Positions 1-14,881 of a stretch of 64,000 bases of DNA are shown piece after piece. Every line of letters starts with the position of its first letter. Position 1 is the first letter of the stretch. Source of the stretch: the human T2T-CHM13v2.0 reference genome, Homo sapiens. The position numbers were made by a program, and so were the translations under genes. The stretch lies in the NCBI RefSeq assembly GCF_009914755.1, contig NC_060926.1; one strand, written 5' to 3'. The notes under the pieces were generated by a model, which did not search any database, was not told where the DNA came from, and worked only from the letters and a program-made list of their open reading frames with translations.

Positions 1-2256
1 ATAAAGCCAGAGATATCAGGCTTTAAGGCCCTGCACACTTACAAGTATCAGACCGCATATTTAAATATCAATTCCTAGCAACTAATGCAGAGAAAGGAGC
101 TTGGCTAGATGTTGACTTATATAAAGCAAAACCTTTTACCTTTTACGCAGTAGGAACTTAATTGTTCATGGTACTGAGACATTGAAGCAGACATGAAATA
201 TAACCTGAGACTTTGTGTTCTCATCTATAACTGGAGATGTTGCATCCGATGACCTCTAAGTGCTTCTCCATCTCTAAGTATCTAAGACTCATGCCTTATT
301 CAAACTTAATGAACACCTTCCAGTTTTTAAAGGGAAAATTATCTGTGTTTTCTTAGATTTGCATTTCTTTTTCTCATCCTAATTTCTTTTTCTTCTAGAC
401 CCAGTAACTCTTGTTGTTCTATGATTAAGTAAACTATGCAGGAGAAAAGCATCCTGGAGAATCACAAAGAGGATTTGCACTACATTGGTCCTGAAATGAC
501 ATTGTCATTTTTAAATGCAAGTTTAAAAATGCAAGTTTTTAACTTGCTCATATGAGTAAATGCATATACTCATATTTCATAGGGACGATTTGTCACATGA
601 CATCATCTAATTCTTTTGAAGGCTCAGAAAAGAAACAGGGCTATGACATTGATTAGTACTGGTAATATCAACCTCATTGGTCTTAATATTTTTAACTCCA
701 AAGCCCTCTAATTGCAAAAATTAGGCTCTTAGTGATGCATTTCCTCTGAAATTATAGCAGTTATTACTGAAATTTCTAATTGTTTTTATTGATTCTACAA
801 TTACATTTTGAAACCTTATTTGTAATATTTATATGGATATTTATAAACCTCATTATAATTATGTAAACATATTTAAAATCGTTTTTAAGATTTTTTAAAA
901 GTAAAATATAATGTTAAGAGCAAAGGGCTATAGTGTGAATTTGTCTTACACGCATCATATGCATGTTTTGCTAATTTGGATAGATTTCAAGTTTTTCACA
1001 CTGCTTGTTTTAGAAAAATAAGCAATTAGAAATTAATTTAGAAATAAAAGCTGCATGATCATCATTTTGTAGTCACACTTTAGTAAATAAGTAATTAACT
1101 GAAATATTTAAGTTGCAATATTACTTATTCATTTTGCTCATCGTTTACAAATCAACAAAGAAACAATTCTTTCTTTCTTTTTTTTTTAACAGTCAAACAT
1201 TCTGTGCTGTCTTCCTCGATATATTCTGAATGGGCTCACTTGTTTTCACTAGGCTTTGCTTGGTATTAGAATTTGTGGTTGATGCGGCTCATTTATCAGC
1301 CACGTATGGAGAGATTCTGAAAGATGTTTTGTCATTTTCCACTGTCAAAATGATACATTCGCTTCTGTCCTGGTTTCTTTGAAAGAGCTTGAGTTGCACT
1401 TATTTTGCAGGGTAAAGCATGGAAATAAATGATACAAAACTAAGTAAACAGAGGGGAAAAAACAGGACTCAGAAAACCAAAAAATAGGGGGCTTCATTTT
1501 TAAGCACGCATTTTTAGACTAAGGGGAGATAAAATAAAATGTCCATAGCTACATTTTTTTAGGATTGATCCGGTTACCTACTTGCATCCTGACTATTACA
1601 GTGAGTCTTCAATTCTTGTGGATACAGATATGAAAAGAGAAGTAACTTTCCCAAGTTATGGTGGGAGAATAGTTTATTTGATCTTTTAGTTTTCCCTGCT
1701 TTGTGTTTTCTGGGTGTAATTTTTCAGCTATTTTATTTGTTCACTTACCATGAAAATAGGAAAGAACTATGATGTGACACTGACACCTGTAACTCGCTAA
1801 CAGAGTCTGCTTATTACAGACTCCTAACTCTAACATGTATTCCAGAAGACAGTTGGAAAACACGGCCACAGTACACAATAGACTTGCTTTGTAATTAAAG
1901 TCATTCTTATAGACCCTAGGAAAATCAGTTATTATCATAATGTAAAGCAATTTTATCGAGCAAAAGCTTACTTTTTCAGAAAAGAAAATGTCCAGTCAAA
2001 CTTGCCCATTATTTATTTCGTAAATTTTTTATGTTCAGATTTTTAAGTGTAAATACCTAACTAATGTATGTCCTTTCTGGAGAAATGAAATAGGAAAAAA
2101 AAGTATAAATCCTGGCAAACTTTGATTTAAACCTGGATCCGTAACCCAGAATTAGCCTTTCTTGATTAAACGACTTTGAGTTTCAGTTTCCTCATTAGGA
2201 TAAATAAAGATAATAGAATATGAACTTCAAAAGATTGTTGTAAGGATTATATATAA

Positions 2257-2826
<570 letters not shown>

Positions 2827-2928
2827 TTCATGGTAGGTTTCTGATAAATGTTTCTGTTAATTGCTCTTTGCTTCCTATTAGCATATCCTTTCCTACTCAG
2901 TGTAAAATGACAACTATGTGCTATGCCG

Positions 2929-2947
2929 GTGGCACCCCCTGGAGGCC
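2929..2947 (-). promoter_or_regulatory. Candidate CTCF site
   Basis: Minus strand GGCCTCCAGGGGGTGCCAC closely matches the core CCASYAGRKGGCRS; locally CpG-retaining unique DNA. Confidence 0.6.
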
Positions 2948-3559
2948 TGTGACAGTATTTTGGTCTGTCGTCCTCAGTGCTTGCGTTTTTTTCTCCGGGA
3001 AATTTTGCTTTCACCTATTGATCTCCATTTTTGTGCTTTTACAGACATACAATTAGTTGAGTCAACATCATACTGTTTTTACTTATTGATACATATGTAA
3101 ACTTTTTAAAAACTCACTTTCCTCTATCTCTCTTTCAAATTTGACTGATGGATTAAAGGAATAACTCTCTCTCTCTTGACCACAGATTATTTCATTTATG
3201 AGGAACCAAGCTATTTTGATGTCTGTGAATGAACTTAAAAGAATGGTTCTCAGCCTGGGTCTCTCTATCAAATAATTGATGGCCACTGGTTTTGGAATTA
3301 AATTGGAGAAAATAGAGAAATCCTGCCCCCAAATTACACAACCCTGGAAAGCAACTATATAACCCCTCAAGGTCCAGTCAACAGTTTTATATATATATGT
3401 GTATATATATATATATTTTGTATATCACATCTATATTAATACATATATGTTTTATATATTCATATACCTATATTAATATACAACATATCCATATTAATAT
3501 AATAATAAATTTTTATAGTTTAACATTATATACATTTTTATACATATAAAATTCAACAC

Positions 3560-3930
3560 TTGTGGGATGAAGAAGACAAAGTCCCTGCTTGCGTGAAACT
3601 TATATCCAAATGGAGGAGACACACAATAAATACATAGAAAAATAAATAATAAACATTTTTATAAACACTGTGAAGAAACTGACCCAGTGCGACAGTACAG
3701 ATGCTGACTAGGATAGGGAGGGTCTCCTTTAGATACTCATGGTGCGTGCTTCTCTAAGAGAACTTGGTAATTAGAAGGATGTAGACATTTAAAACTCACT
3801 TGGAAATGTGTTGCAGACTAATGCAACAGAAACCATTAAGGCCCAGTTAAGAACAAGCTTGGAGTCTTCAAAGAATAGAGGCCAGTGCGTCTTGTGTCAA
3901 ATGAACAGGTAGGAGGAGAGTGCTGTAACT
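3560..3930 (-). mobile_element. L2 LINE fragment
   Basis: AAGACAAAGTCCCTGCTT...ATCCAAATGGAGGAGACACACAATAAA resembles the antisense L2 3' region; boundaries approximate. Confidence 0.65.
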
Positions 3931-5009
3931 GATAAGAACCTCGGAATGAATCCTGTGTCTCTCTTGTATTTCCTTAAATTCTCTGTTTTTAAGAAAACTT
4001 GAAAATAAAAGATTTTCTAATCTTAAAATTGTGTTTGATTTGCTTAATTACTAGTACTGCAAAGCCATTGCTTCTTACTGTTTTTATGTCATTTCTCTTT
4101 GGGTTTAAATGAATGTTGAAGGGCTAGCCTGGGAACTGACTCACGTTTATACCATGCTCCTGAGAGAAAATATAATCCAAATTGCACTGAAAACTTTGGA
4201 ACATAGTTCTTTTTCAGATAGGGACAACCTATACTGGAGTGATTAAAAAAAATAAAAGCAGGTCCTCATTTTTCATAAAGCCTCATTACTCCAAAACCTC
4301 GGTTTCTACTCAAGCTGTGCCGAAGATTACCTTTGTCCTATTATGAAGACTTGCTACACAATTCCCCATAATAATTGATTTAGAATTGGCATGTTCAATT
4401 TAATTCTGGGTTTGCAGAAACTTCAACACATTAATGCAGATGGATTTTGTTAATTGCCACGGAATTTTCATGTGTTCATAAAAGTAGTGCTGGCAACCAG
4501 GGCCTCTGTTTGGAAACCCTCTTCAGAAAAATGCCTAAGAAAGGATTTTTTTCCCCACTGTCTCCACATTGAGCAAGTTAGTGTTGTTCTGAGAAGAGAG
4601 AAAAGAGTTAGTTATTGATGGGGGCATTGATCCAAGTCCTTCTTCTCACTTCAATATTAAAAGATAAAAGGGCTGATTGTGCTCATTTATCATGCTGGTC
4701 TCTGTTTTACCTTAAACCCTGATTTTCCACATTTTTCTTTACAAGGCATCCTTTTCATCTCCTACATCCTGTCAAATTTACAAGTTACCTTTGTGCTGAT
4801 CTATACTTAATTAATTTAAGAGACATCTTTGCCAAAATGTACTTTAGGAAATGCAACCGGGTTGAGAATGATGCCTTAGTTTGTAGAACTTCCAAGTGAA
4901 GTGTGGCTATGAGTCAGTGTGCTGAGGGCAGAGGGGCACTGTACAGAGGAGTGAACCACAGAGTGAGACTCACAGAGGCATCAGAAATGCCCAGCCCTGC
5001 CATTATTGC

Positions 5010-5810
5010 TCCCTGACCCATCCTTCTGCCTCCTACCTCCTTTCCCTTCACTATATCCTCTGATCAGCAGCACTGTGACCTATCTAATATACTCACTGTG
5101 TCAGGTCATAATCCCCTGCTTAAAAATCCTAGGAGGTTTCCCATCACCTATAGTAAGGATTGGCAAACAATAGCCACAGGCCAAATTGCCTGTTTTTCTC
5201 AATAAAGTTTTATTGGAACACAGCCATGCCCATTTGTTTACATATTGTCTATGGCTGCTCTTGGCCTACAAAGGCAGAGCTGAGAGGTTGAGAAGCAGAG
5301 ACTGTCCAAAAATGTTTACCTTCTGGCTCTTAACAGAAAATGTTTACTGACCCCCAGCCTGCATGATTGGGTTCAAACCCAAAGCACAGCACTTCCCAAG
5401 ATGCTTCCAGCCTGCCCTGCAGGCTGATCTGTAGCCAACTCCTCCACTGCATCCTCCACTCTGACCCCCCGTAGATAACTCATTATTCCTATACAGTGCT
5501 GCACACTCCATGCCTTTACACTCACTGTTCAGAATTCTTTCGATGGCACTGCCTCAACCCCAGGGGCTCTGAACCACCTTCCTTTACACTGATGCCTCAC
5601 CAGCTTCCCCTGTAGGTGAATTCTGTCACAGCCTTTCAGCATTGCTCAGGGTACATCCCTACAGTCATTAGGTGCCTTTTCCTTATGTGTGCAAACTGCC
5701 TCTTCAGTGAGAGTGGCAGCCTCTGAGTGTTTTGCATGCTTTCCTCAGAGTCCAGTCTAGACCTAAACACACAGTACGTGCTCAATAAGTAGGTGTTTAA
5801 TGGACAGACA
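5010..5810 (+). mobile_element. L2 fragment interrupted by MER58A
   Basis: Ends CACAGTACGTGCTCAATAAGTAGGTGTTTAATGGACAGACA (L2 3' terminus); pyrimidine-rich body. Confidence 0.6.
5154..5357. mobile_element. MER58A (hAT-Charlie MITE)
   Basis: Termini GGATTGGCAAAC / GTTTACTGACCCC; internal AATAAAGTTTTATTGGAACACAGCCATGCCCATTTGTTTACATATTGTCTATGGCTGC. Confidence 0.85.
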
Positions 5811-7639
5811 ATAAGTAAGGTGGCCATCCTGCCTATAAACTAAACAAAGGACATGATGGGGTAAAGCAAATGTTGTCACATTTTCACATTAATCGATGCA
5901 TTAATGTTGCTCATTAAGCAAACTAATCTACTGTATATGTTAACGTCAATGGAAACAGACAGCACTAGAAACAGAAGCTGCAAGCAGCAGGCCCAGCAGC
6001 AGGGAAGTCTGAGCATGGCCTTGCCTGCCTAGAGTGTGCCAGCAGCCAGCATCCAACCTCCTGGGTGTCTTGTAGCAGACCTGGAGCCAGGCAAGTGGGA
6101 ACAACTGCCAGATATCATACCAGGGCAAGTGCAAATAGATGCCTGAGTCCCAGGTCTCCATCATAAAGCAAATATCTGTCCTTATTCCCTCTAGGGGACC
6201 ACTTGCCCACACCCCAGGCAACAACAGGAATAGACATTTGCTTTCCGAATGTGCCTGCCCCAGAGGCCAGCCTCTGTTTTAATATGTATTCTTGGAAGTA
6301 CATGGGATAGGTGAGTTTGCTTTGAAGGGCATATTTTGACTCTATGAGGGACAAATCCTTTTGCCAAAATTTTAACAACTAACTTTAATTTACCACGGGA
6401 GATGTTGGTAAAAATTGTCAAGACCTCTTTAAGTTTTCAGCAAATGCCAATAGCAGCTTGGACATGATTGCTGCTAAGATGCCTTTAATGAGCTGAATAG
6501 TGGAATGATTGCCTTTGCTTCTTCCTTTGAAAACAGACATTCCCCAGTAGCTGCTGAACATCCCCAAGGATGTTCTTTGAGGATATTCCTCTTTACTTTG
6601 TAACCATCACTTGCCCATCCCTACTGCAAACTCTTGGCCCTACCTACGGCACCCTGTGTGACATAGCAATTGCTTTTTCTCTGGTCCTCTGGAGAACTGT
6701 TGGTGGGACCACTGATAGTCTTATCAGTGAATTCCCTAAGCTGTAATAGTCTCAACAAAGGATCCATTCTGCAGCATTATATAATGCTGCACTTTTCGTT
6801 GTTCTGCTCTCGTGTGACCCTAAATGTTGCTTCTGCAGGAAGTTTTATGCAGGTGGAGGGGCTAACTTACCACTTACACACTTCCAAAATCACTGCCATC
6901 ATCTTCTCCCTGCCTAGGCCTCATGACATTTCTGCTCACCAAAAGCATACACTACTATTCCGTTCACCTTTTCCTCCATGACATTGTTGAGGAAGGTTGA
7001 GTGGAAATAAAGAAGATGGAGATTCTAGGAAGATGAGGTTAGATGGATAAGATGGGGTAGGAGTCCCAGAGTTCCAACATGAAGAGTAGCCCAAACTGCT
7101 TCTCAAAGAAGCTACTTCCAGGGCCTCTGTTTACATGTTGTCTTTAAGAAGTAATTTAATCCAGAATGTAACAGACATCTTGATCTGCCCTGAGTTTACA
7201 AAGATCAGTGAACATAAAAAGGAAACACAAAGTTGGATCTTGCTGCCTCAAGGTGGAAGTGTCTGGGGGTTGATTGGGCCTGTGGATGCTTTTCTTGACT
7301 GGCAGCCCCGGGCCCAGAGTGCTGTGTGGTGTTTGGTGTCTTGTGGAACCACTTTTTTTCCCCACTGGAAGCTGTCTCTCTTCCAAAATTCAAGTCCACA
7401 ATTCTCCAGGAAGGTCAAGCCCAGCACTGGCCCCTCACCCCAGCCAGGGCGTCAGCCTGTGTCCTCCATCTTTTTTGTCAGGGTGAGCCTTTATCATGGA
7501 GTAAAATGCTCTGAAATCTGCAGGGTATGTGTGTGAGGATCACACTTCCCGTGTTCCTCCATATCTTCCTTTATCTCCAGCTTGCTCACTGTCCTGATTT
7601 TCTAGCATCTCATTGAAGCAGCTTGATGTGACAGACATT

Positions 7640-7850
7640 TTGGAGGTTTTGAATTCAGAAAGAACTGGGTTCAAGTCCCACCTGTGCCTCCTAACGAGCT
7701 AGGTGACCTTGGGCAAGTTAATCTTCGAGAGTCTCAGTTTATTTCACCTTTGAAAGGGAAAGTTAGTGATATTTAGCTCATAACATGGCTGTGAGGAATG
7801 AAAACTACTTTGACACATACTGGGACTTTAGTAAATGGAAGGTATAAGTT
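7640..7850 (+). mobile_element. MIR SINE
   Basis: Core CTGGGTTCAAGTCCCACCTGTGCC...GTGACCTTGGGCAAGTT...TCTCAGTTT. Confidence 0.8.
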
Positions 7851-8722
7851 GCAGGCATGTAGAATTTCACTAATTTCCTCAATTTAAGACAATAAATGAT
7901 AGAAATGAATAAACTTTATATGTCCTTCTCCCTATTCATGACTGTAGAGTTGTTATGTGGCACTTGTTTTATGAAGCATTCTCTCTGACATTGTAAAAAA
8001 TAATACATCTACCACAACCATGTCTAAATGGCTAAAAGCTATATGCACCCACTTAAAAGCACTTTGAGATAAGTACTGTTAAGTGGAAAATGCCCAGAAT
8101 ACAGTGACACCAGTAATTCTTACGTTGTTTTCAATGTTATTTCATATTCAGATTAAACAAATAATTTCTGCCTGCCTAAAATATATCACGGTCTGTTAGA
8201 TAGAGCCTACAGTTACCCTGTTCAGGTCTCAATAAATCTGTGTGGTTTAAGGGAAGTTGGGACAGACTTTCTAAATGGAGTCCATTAGTTCATGATTCTT
8301 GAGAGTTGACTGAATGGCAGACTTCCCTGGTTTTGTTTAGTAGCTTCTGCCTGTATTACCCCCAAGAATTGGGTTATGGACAGGACACAATGGGAATTTC
8401 ATTTTGTGGAGGTTAAGTGTACAGAATATGGCATCAAATCATGTAGGTTGCAATCCTGGCTGCTCCATATACCAGCTACGCAGTTTCCTCATTTTTAAGA
8501 TAGGATTACTCTTGGTACTTCTGTCATAGGGCACAGGTAAGAGCTTAGACTATCGCCACCATCAGCACTATCATCGTGGAGGCCAGGTGCCTCTATGATG
8601 TGTCTATTTGAATATTTAGCACTTGTCCTCAAACCCACTGACCAAGAGGGCATGTTAAAATGGCCACATCAGAAAAAAGAAATGGTAGAGTTAGTGTTCT
8701 TTGTGTTGCTCTTCTATATGAA

Positions 8723-8728
8723 GTGTAT

Positions 8729-8774
<46 letters not shown>
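8723..8774. repeat. (TG)n microsatellite
   Basis: Directly visible. Confidence 0.97.
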
Positions 8775-8776
<2 letters not shown>

Positions 8777-8789
8777 TAGCTTCTATGTG

Positions 8790-8975
8790 AGGAGCCACAC
8801 TAAATGCTAGGCACTGTGCTAAGAACTCCACATCTATATTTTTATTTAACCTCAAGTAATTCTGTGAGAATTCTGGATACTTGCAAGAGCTTATTTTACA
8901 ACCAAAGAAACTAAGGCTCATTGAAGAAAGTAACTTCCCACAGTTGCCAGAGTTGGAATTCTAAGGTTCATGCAT
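8790..8975 (-). mobile_element. MIR SINE
   Basis: CTAGGCACTGTGCTAAG...ATTTTACAACCAAAGAAACTAAGGCTCA...AAGTAACTTCCC. Confidence 0.7.
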
Positions 8976-9613
8976 TTAGTGGATTTGTTAGAAGCTATAT
9001 GTAATTGGCCTGCTTATCTCTGCAACTCTAAGGAATGAAAAATCAGTTCATGAGCCCAGGATAAAGTGATATGTACAAGAAGGTTTCTTTCGATCAAATG
9101 TTGCATATCTGAGGCTCATGAATGAAGATGAGAAAATAAAACCCTAAGTATACATTTTAGAAAAAGTCTACTGTAATTTGTATTGTGTTGAATGATAAAA
9201 GTTCTTTTACTGTATAGCTTTTGTTCAGGATTTAATTACAGGAATACTTTAGCCTCTAACTGTGGATCATTGTTTGGTTAATGTCTGATGGATTGACATT
9301 TTTCCAGTATGTTGGATAAAACGGAAACCTCGAGAATTGCATAGTCCTTTAGGCAAAAGAAGACAGGATGCTAGAGGTTTTTGTGATACTTATGAATTAA
9401 AATATGCACTGATGGTGGAGTATTCCTCCAAGAAACGCTTAACAAGTAACGGTTTCATAATTCAAATATAACCCAAAATACAAACATTTCAAAGGAAACA
9501 AAAATGTTGGGTCTATTCCCAATGCATGTTTCTAAGTCTCTTAGCCTGCTCTCGGCTTTGAGATAGAAGCACTTCTTCCTCTTCCATGGAAACCACTACA
9601 AATTGGAGTATTA

Positions 9614-9938
9614 GGCTGGGCGCAGTGGCTCACGCCTGTAATCCCAGCACTTTGGCAGGCTGTAGTGGGTGGATCACTTGAGCCTAGAAGTTCAAAACCA
9701 GCCTGAGCAACATGGTGAAAATCCCGTCTATACAAAAACAAACAAACAAACAAAAAAATTATCTGGACATGATGGCATGCACCTGTGTAGTCCCAGTTAC
9801 TTGGGAGGCTGAGGCAGGAAGATCATTGAGCCCAGGAGGTCAAGGCTGCAGTGTACCATGATCACACCACTGCACTCCAGCCTGGTCTGGGCAACAGAGT
9901 GAGACCCTGCCTCAAATAAACAACAACAACGACAACAG
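9614..9938 (+). mobile_element. AluJ-class SINE
   Basis: Full dimer, (CAA)n tail, TSD AATTGGAGTATTA at 9601-9613 and 9939-9951. Confidence 0.95.
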
Positions 9939-10714
9939 AATTGGAGTATTAGTGACTAAGATATGCATGCATCTGACAATCTTTGATTGACTCTCTAGGC
10001 CTGGCTTCCTTATAAATTTCTTTGTTTCTTTTAGTTTTCTATGGAAACTGGATCAGATCAAATCTCTCTCCTGAGATCCAAAGGGGTCTACAGGGTGTGT
10101 CAGTGACAGGGTGACATTTCACCAGACTTCTTGGTAATCCAGTAGCTGAATAAGTTGGATTGAACTAGATATCTATCTGCCTTTGCTGAAATATAAATGA
10201 AGGCAAGGAAATTCGGAGTTTGGTCTTCCGATTCATACCCCTAGCAGCTGATGTAATATTTGGACTTGGATCTCAAATTCATGAGGATAGACCCTAAGAA
10301 TAAGATTCTTCTAGCTGTGGGAAGAAACAAAGAGTGATTAGAGGCTGATGTGTCCCTGAGAGAGGCTCCATGCCCTTCTTGCACACAGGCTGAGGATTAG
10401 GGATAGGACAACAAGGGGATGGCAGGTAGATTTAGAAAGATGTGTGCCTCGCTCTAGGGAGAACTCAGGAAGCAGCGCAACCCCAGGGAACAATGACTGC
10501 AGAATCCGTCCTGAAGGTGAGCTGAGGCAGCCCCTTAGAACTCCCTGTGTCCATAAATTGCAGCAGAATAGAATGATTTTTGTGCACCTGAGAGTAGGAT
10601 AGAGGGGAAGAAAGGTCCCAGATAACCTCACCAGGTTTTCTGTGGCCCTACTGATACCAGGAAGAGTACAGTGATCACAGATATTAGAGAAAGTGGATGA
10701 AGGGAGTCGCACTG

Positions 10715-11510
<796 letters not shown>

Positions 11511-11689
11511 TTGAAGATGGAGACTAGTACTTAGAGTCTCCTCATTCCCAAACTTGTAGGAAATACAAAGCTACAGTGAATGGAATTGAAGTATTCAGAT
11601 AAATTTCTGTAGATTTCAATACCACCTCCCCCTTTTTTTTCCATGAGCTTTTCATTTACTACTTCACATAATTTTTTGATACATGAACT

Positions 11690-11890
11690 ATCCTTATAAC
11701 CTTGCGCAGGTGACTTAATTTCTCTAGATCTCCCCTAGAGAAGAAAATTCCTCATCTGTGAAATGAACAACATACCCAGCTCGCAGAGTTGTTGTGAATT
11801 CCAAAACAAATGAATCCATTGAATATGAGATGTACAGTAAACGTAGTGCTCGGCATGCAAGCAGCATTCAACAAACTATAAATGTGTTTG
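11690..11890 (+). mobile_element. MIR SINE
   Basis: TTCCTCATCTGTGAAATG...AGAGTTGTTGTGAATT...GTAAACGTAGTGCTCGGCATG. Confidence 0.7.
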
Positions 11891-14139
11891 TGTTATTATT
11901 GTTTGTACTCATCTTAATTTCTATTCAACCATTTTTACATAACTGTAATGGAAAGACTAAATCTAGAATAAAGTTGCCCATGATCAGTGAGATGCACTGG
12001 TGGCCTCCATACTTATTCATCCACTTTGGCTCCAAAATGGCTCCAGCCTCCCGTTTGTTGGAAAATCAACAGCCTGTGACATGTCAGTGTTGAGATGATT
12101 TGAGGAGTGCCACAGTCTGCTTGTTGATTACGACTGTATATTTGCCAATTCTTTGTGTAATTAAATCCAGCCAAGGCCTCAGGTATGTTCTTAGCCAGGT
12201 CTGATTTATTTAGATGTTTTGTTTTAAAAAGAATGCCAAGGTAAAATTTGTTTTGTTTCTTTTGCACCACAAATGCCTTAAAAATCCAATCTTGGTGTCA
12301 GTGACGGATATTGATATACTTTGTCAAACAAGAAATATCTGCAGCTGCTAGAAATAAAAATTCAATGATTTTCAGCAGACTTTCCTAAGATAATAATGTA
12401 ATTTATCTTTCAGAGAATATTAAAGGCAAACCTTGAAGGTGAGGGCAAAAAGCCATTTTGTGCCTCAAATTAGAAGGATAATTTAGAAAGAACCACATTT
12501 ATATTCATTTGAATTTAACAACCTGGAATGGCAACGTTCACATTAGTGATTATTTCTACCTAAATAATCACAAAAAAAAAGAAAAGAAATGATTATATTT
12601 TCTGCTTTGAAAATTAGACATACTTAATATTGCATATGGTGAAATGGAGGCAGTAAAACCCCAAAGAACCAAAATGTGTGAGGAATGATATATTTTGGTT
12701 AATAGAGCTTTCCATTTGTTGTATTTAAGCAAGTAATGTTTTTACAGTTGTTGGTAAAAACCTTTTTAAATACTTGCGTATAACTTCCTTGTCTTAGTTT
12801 AATAAAATCTGCAAAGGTCACTGTGTGAATAGTAGCTCAGACCTAATGTAAGATCTGGGGAAGGATTGAGGCTGCTATGCTAAGAGCGTTTATATGGGAG
12901 TTGTATTTTCCTTGTGAAGGTGGTAGTAGTTGTCGAAATTTTGCTTTATTTGTATAAATGTAATATTTTGCTTTATTTCAAGAAATGCTATGAGTATTGT
13001 TGTACTTGTAGCTTCTAAGATTATGGTTTGCTTTTTTCTTAAACTTGTGAGTATAGTAGGCATGTATAAAACTGAACTAATGGAAATTTCCAACTAGATT
13101 GAATTCTTGAAGATGTGCTTTATATTCAGAGACATTGAAAAGGGAAAGTAGGACTATAACCAAACACTATCTTCTGGCTCTTCACTCTGTGAGGATCTGG
13201 TGACATGTAGAAGTGTCCTGGCTAAATTGTAAAATTGACAAAATTTTGCTTTCATTACTTCTCCCCTTCAAACTCCTCTTTCTGGGTTCTTTGATTCTCC
13301 CCATCTACCAAGAACCATCAACAGGTGGCTTTCTTGCAATTTATTTGAGGGGAAGAGCAGGAAAAAAACGACTCAAACTCTTGCATAATGTCACAGAGTG
13401 GTTACTTCCTAACTTCTACTTCTGCAGCTTTAGACCCACAGAGGTTTGTTCATTTTATCTATGAAATCTGCTTTTTAAATTAATCCCCTGCTGACAAGAA
13501 GCGTACATGAGCATTGTGGTTAAACTGTCTTTAAACCTGCTCTGGAACTCCAACAACTTCCTGCAGCATGGTATGCACTGAAGTCACTTCACTGCTAATT
13601 GGCCTGTTCTCTCTCCCTCTCCATTTTTTGGGCTCCCACGTGGGCTTCAAAGTGAGCCACAGCTCTTGGCACATCTTCAGACTTTGTTTGGTCTAAAACC
13701 AAGAATGGAAACCTTGCCAGGAGTTTCCAATTTGTTGCCCTCGGGCATCTTAAGATCTCATCAAAGATGCAGTATACAGTCACATGAAGAAGTGGAGTAA
13801 CAACAAAGGTAGTAAATGATTAAGTGACAAAATGACAAATGTTTCAGGAAACTAGAATAGGAAGGCAGTGGCACTGTTAGGGGAGGGATGCTTGAGCAAG
13901 AGTCTACAGATCAGGTAGTGTGGAGTGAAGAGGGAGAAGAGATGAGAAGGGTGTTCCAGTTACTGGGGCAGACAGAGCAAAGGAGGGTCTGAGAGTAGAA
14001 ATGCTCAGGAATTGGGGAGACAGATGGGCATGGGGAGAATAAAAAGAAGTGGCTCTGGGGAGCCAAGTAGGCCTGGTGTGATGACTCTGCCAGTGCCAAG
14101 CTTTTACAGCATGCAGGACTAAGTAAGCAAAAGAGGTTT

Positions 14140-14489
14140 GGTTTTGTTGGTTTGTTTTGTTTTGTTTTTTGTTTTGTTTTGTTGGTTAGTTTTGGAGACA
14201 GCATCTCTCTCTGTCACCCAGGCTGGAATGCAGTGACACTATCACAGCTCACTGCAGCCTCAACCTCCTAGACTGAAACGATACTCCCGCCTTATCCTCT
14301 CTCTGGAGTAGCTGAGACCAGAGGTGTGCACCACCACACCTAGCTATTTTGGGGTTTTTTTACTTGTGTTTTAGAGACAGGGGTCTTACTATGTTGCTCA
14401 GGCTGGTCTTGAACTCCTGGGCTCAAATGATCCTCTCACCTTGGCCTCCCAAATGCTGGGATTATAGGCATGAGCCACTGCATCCAGCC
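14140..14489 (-). mobile_element. AluJ-class SINE
   Basis: Antisense dimer with (GTTTT)n tail; near-TSD AAAAGAG(G)TTT. Confidence 0.93.
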
Positions 14490-14780
14490 AAAAGAGTTTA
14501 TTATGGTTTAAAAGCACCTCATGTTCCTTAAAACTTTGCCTTCTTGAGCCACAGACCCGTCCTGGGAACATTCAATAAATGGCCTTAGTACTAAATGTGG
14601 TAAACCACGAGTTGCGACATAGTCAAATAAAACTTCCTGAATTTACCTGCCGTACTTTGTCGCTTGTTTCCTCTTTTCCCCCAGCTCATAGACATTCGTG
14701 TGCACCCTATCACCTTCAGAGAGTGGCTTTTTGAAAGCGACCTTGTGGTGATTGCTGGCTGCTATGGATGGCTAGCTCAC

Positions 14781-14881
14781 CTTCCAGACAGTCATTGGAT
14801 CCCCAACATGGTGGCAAGATTACTTAAGGCAGGCACTGCTAGGTTTTCTTCTGTTTCATGGGGAAAAAAAAAAATTGAAGT
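14781..14881 (-). other. Candidate internal exon, 101 nt
   Basis: ccttattctttttccccatttcccctag|ACTTC...TGGAAG|gtgagc; motif evidence only. Confidence 0.25.

Noticed and set aside
1193-1411. Plus-strand coding exon after the T-rich ...TTAACAG acceptor
   Set aside because: Stops in all three frames and only a modest donor; a non-coding exon is not excluded but is unsupported
1749-2076. Minus-strand exon between a strong acceptor and ATG|GTAAGT
   Set aside because: 328 nt, very AT-rich and intron-like in composition
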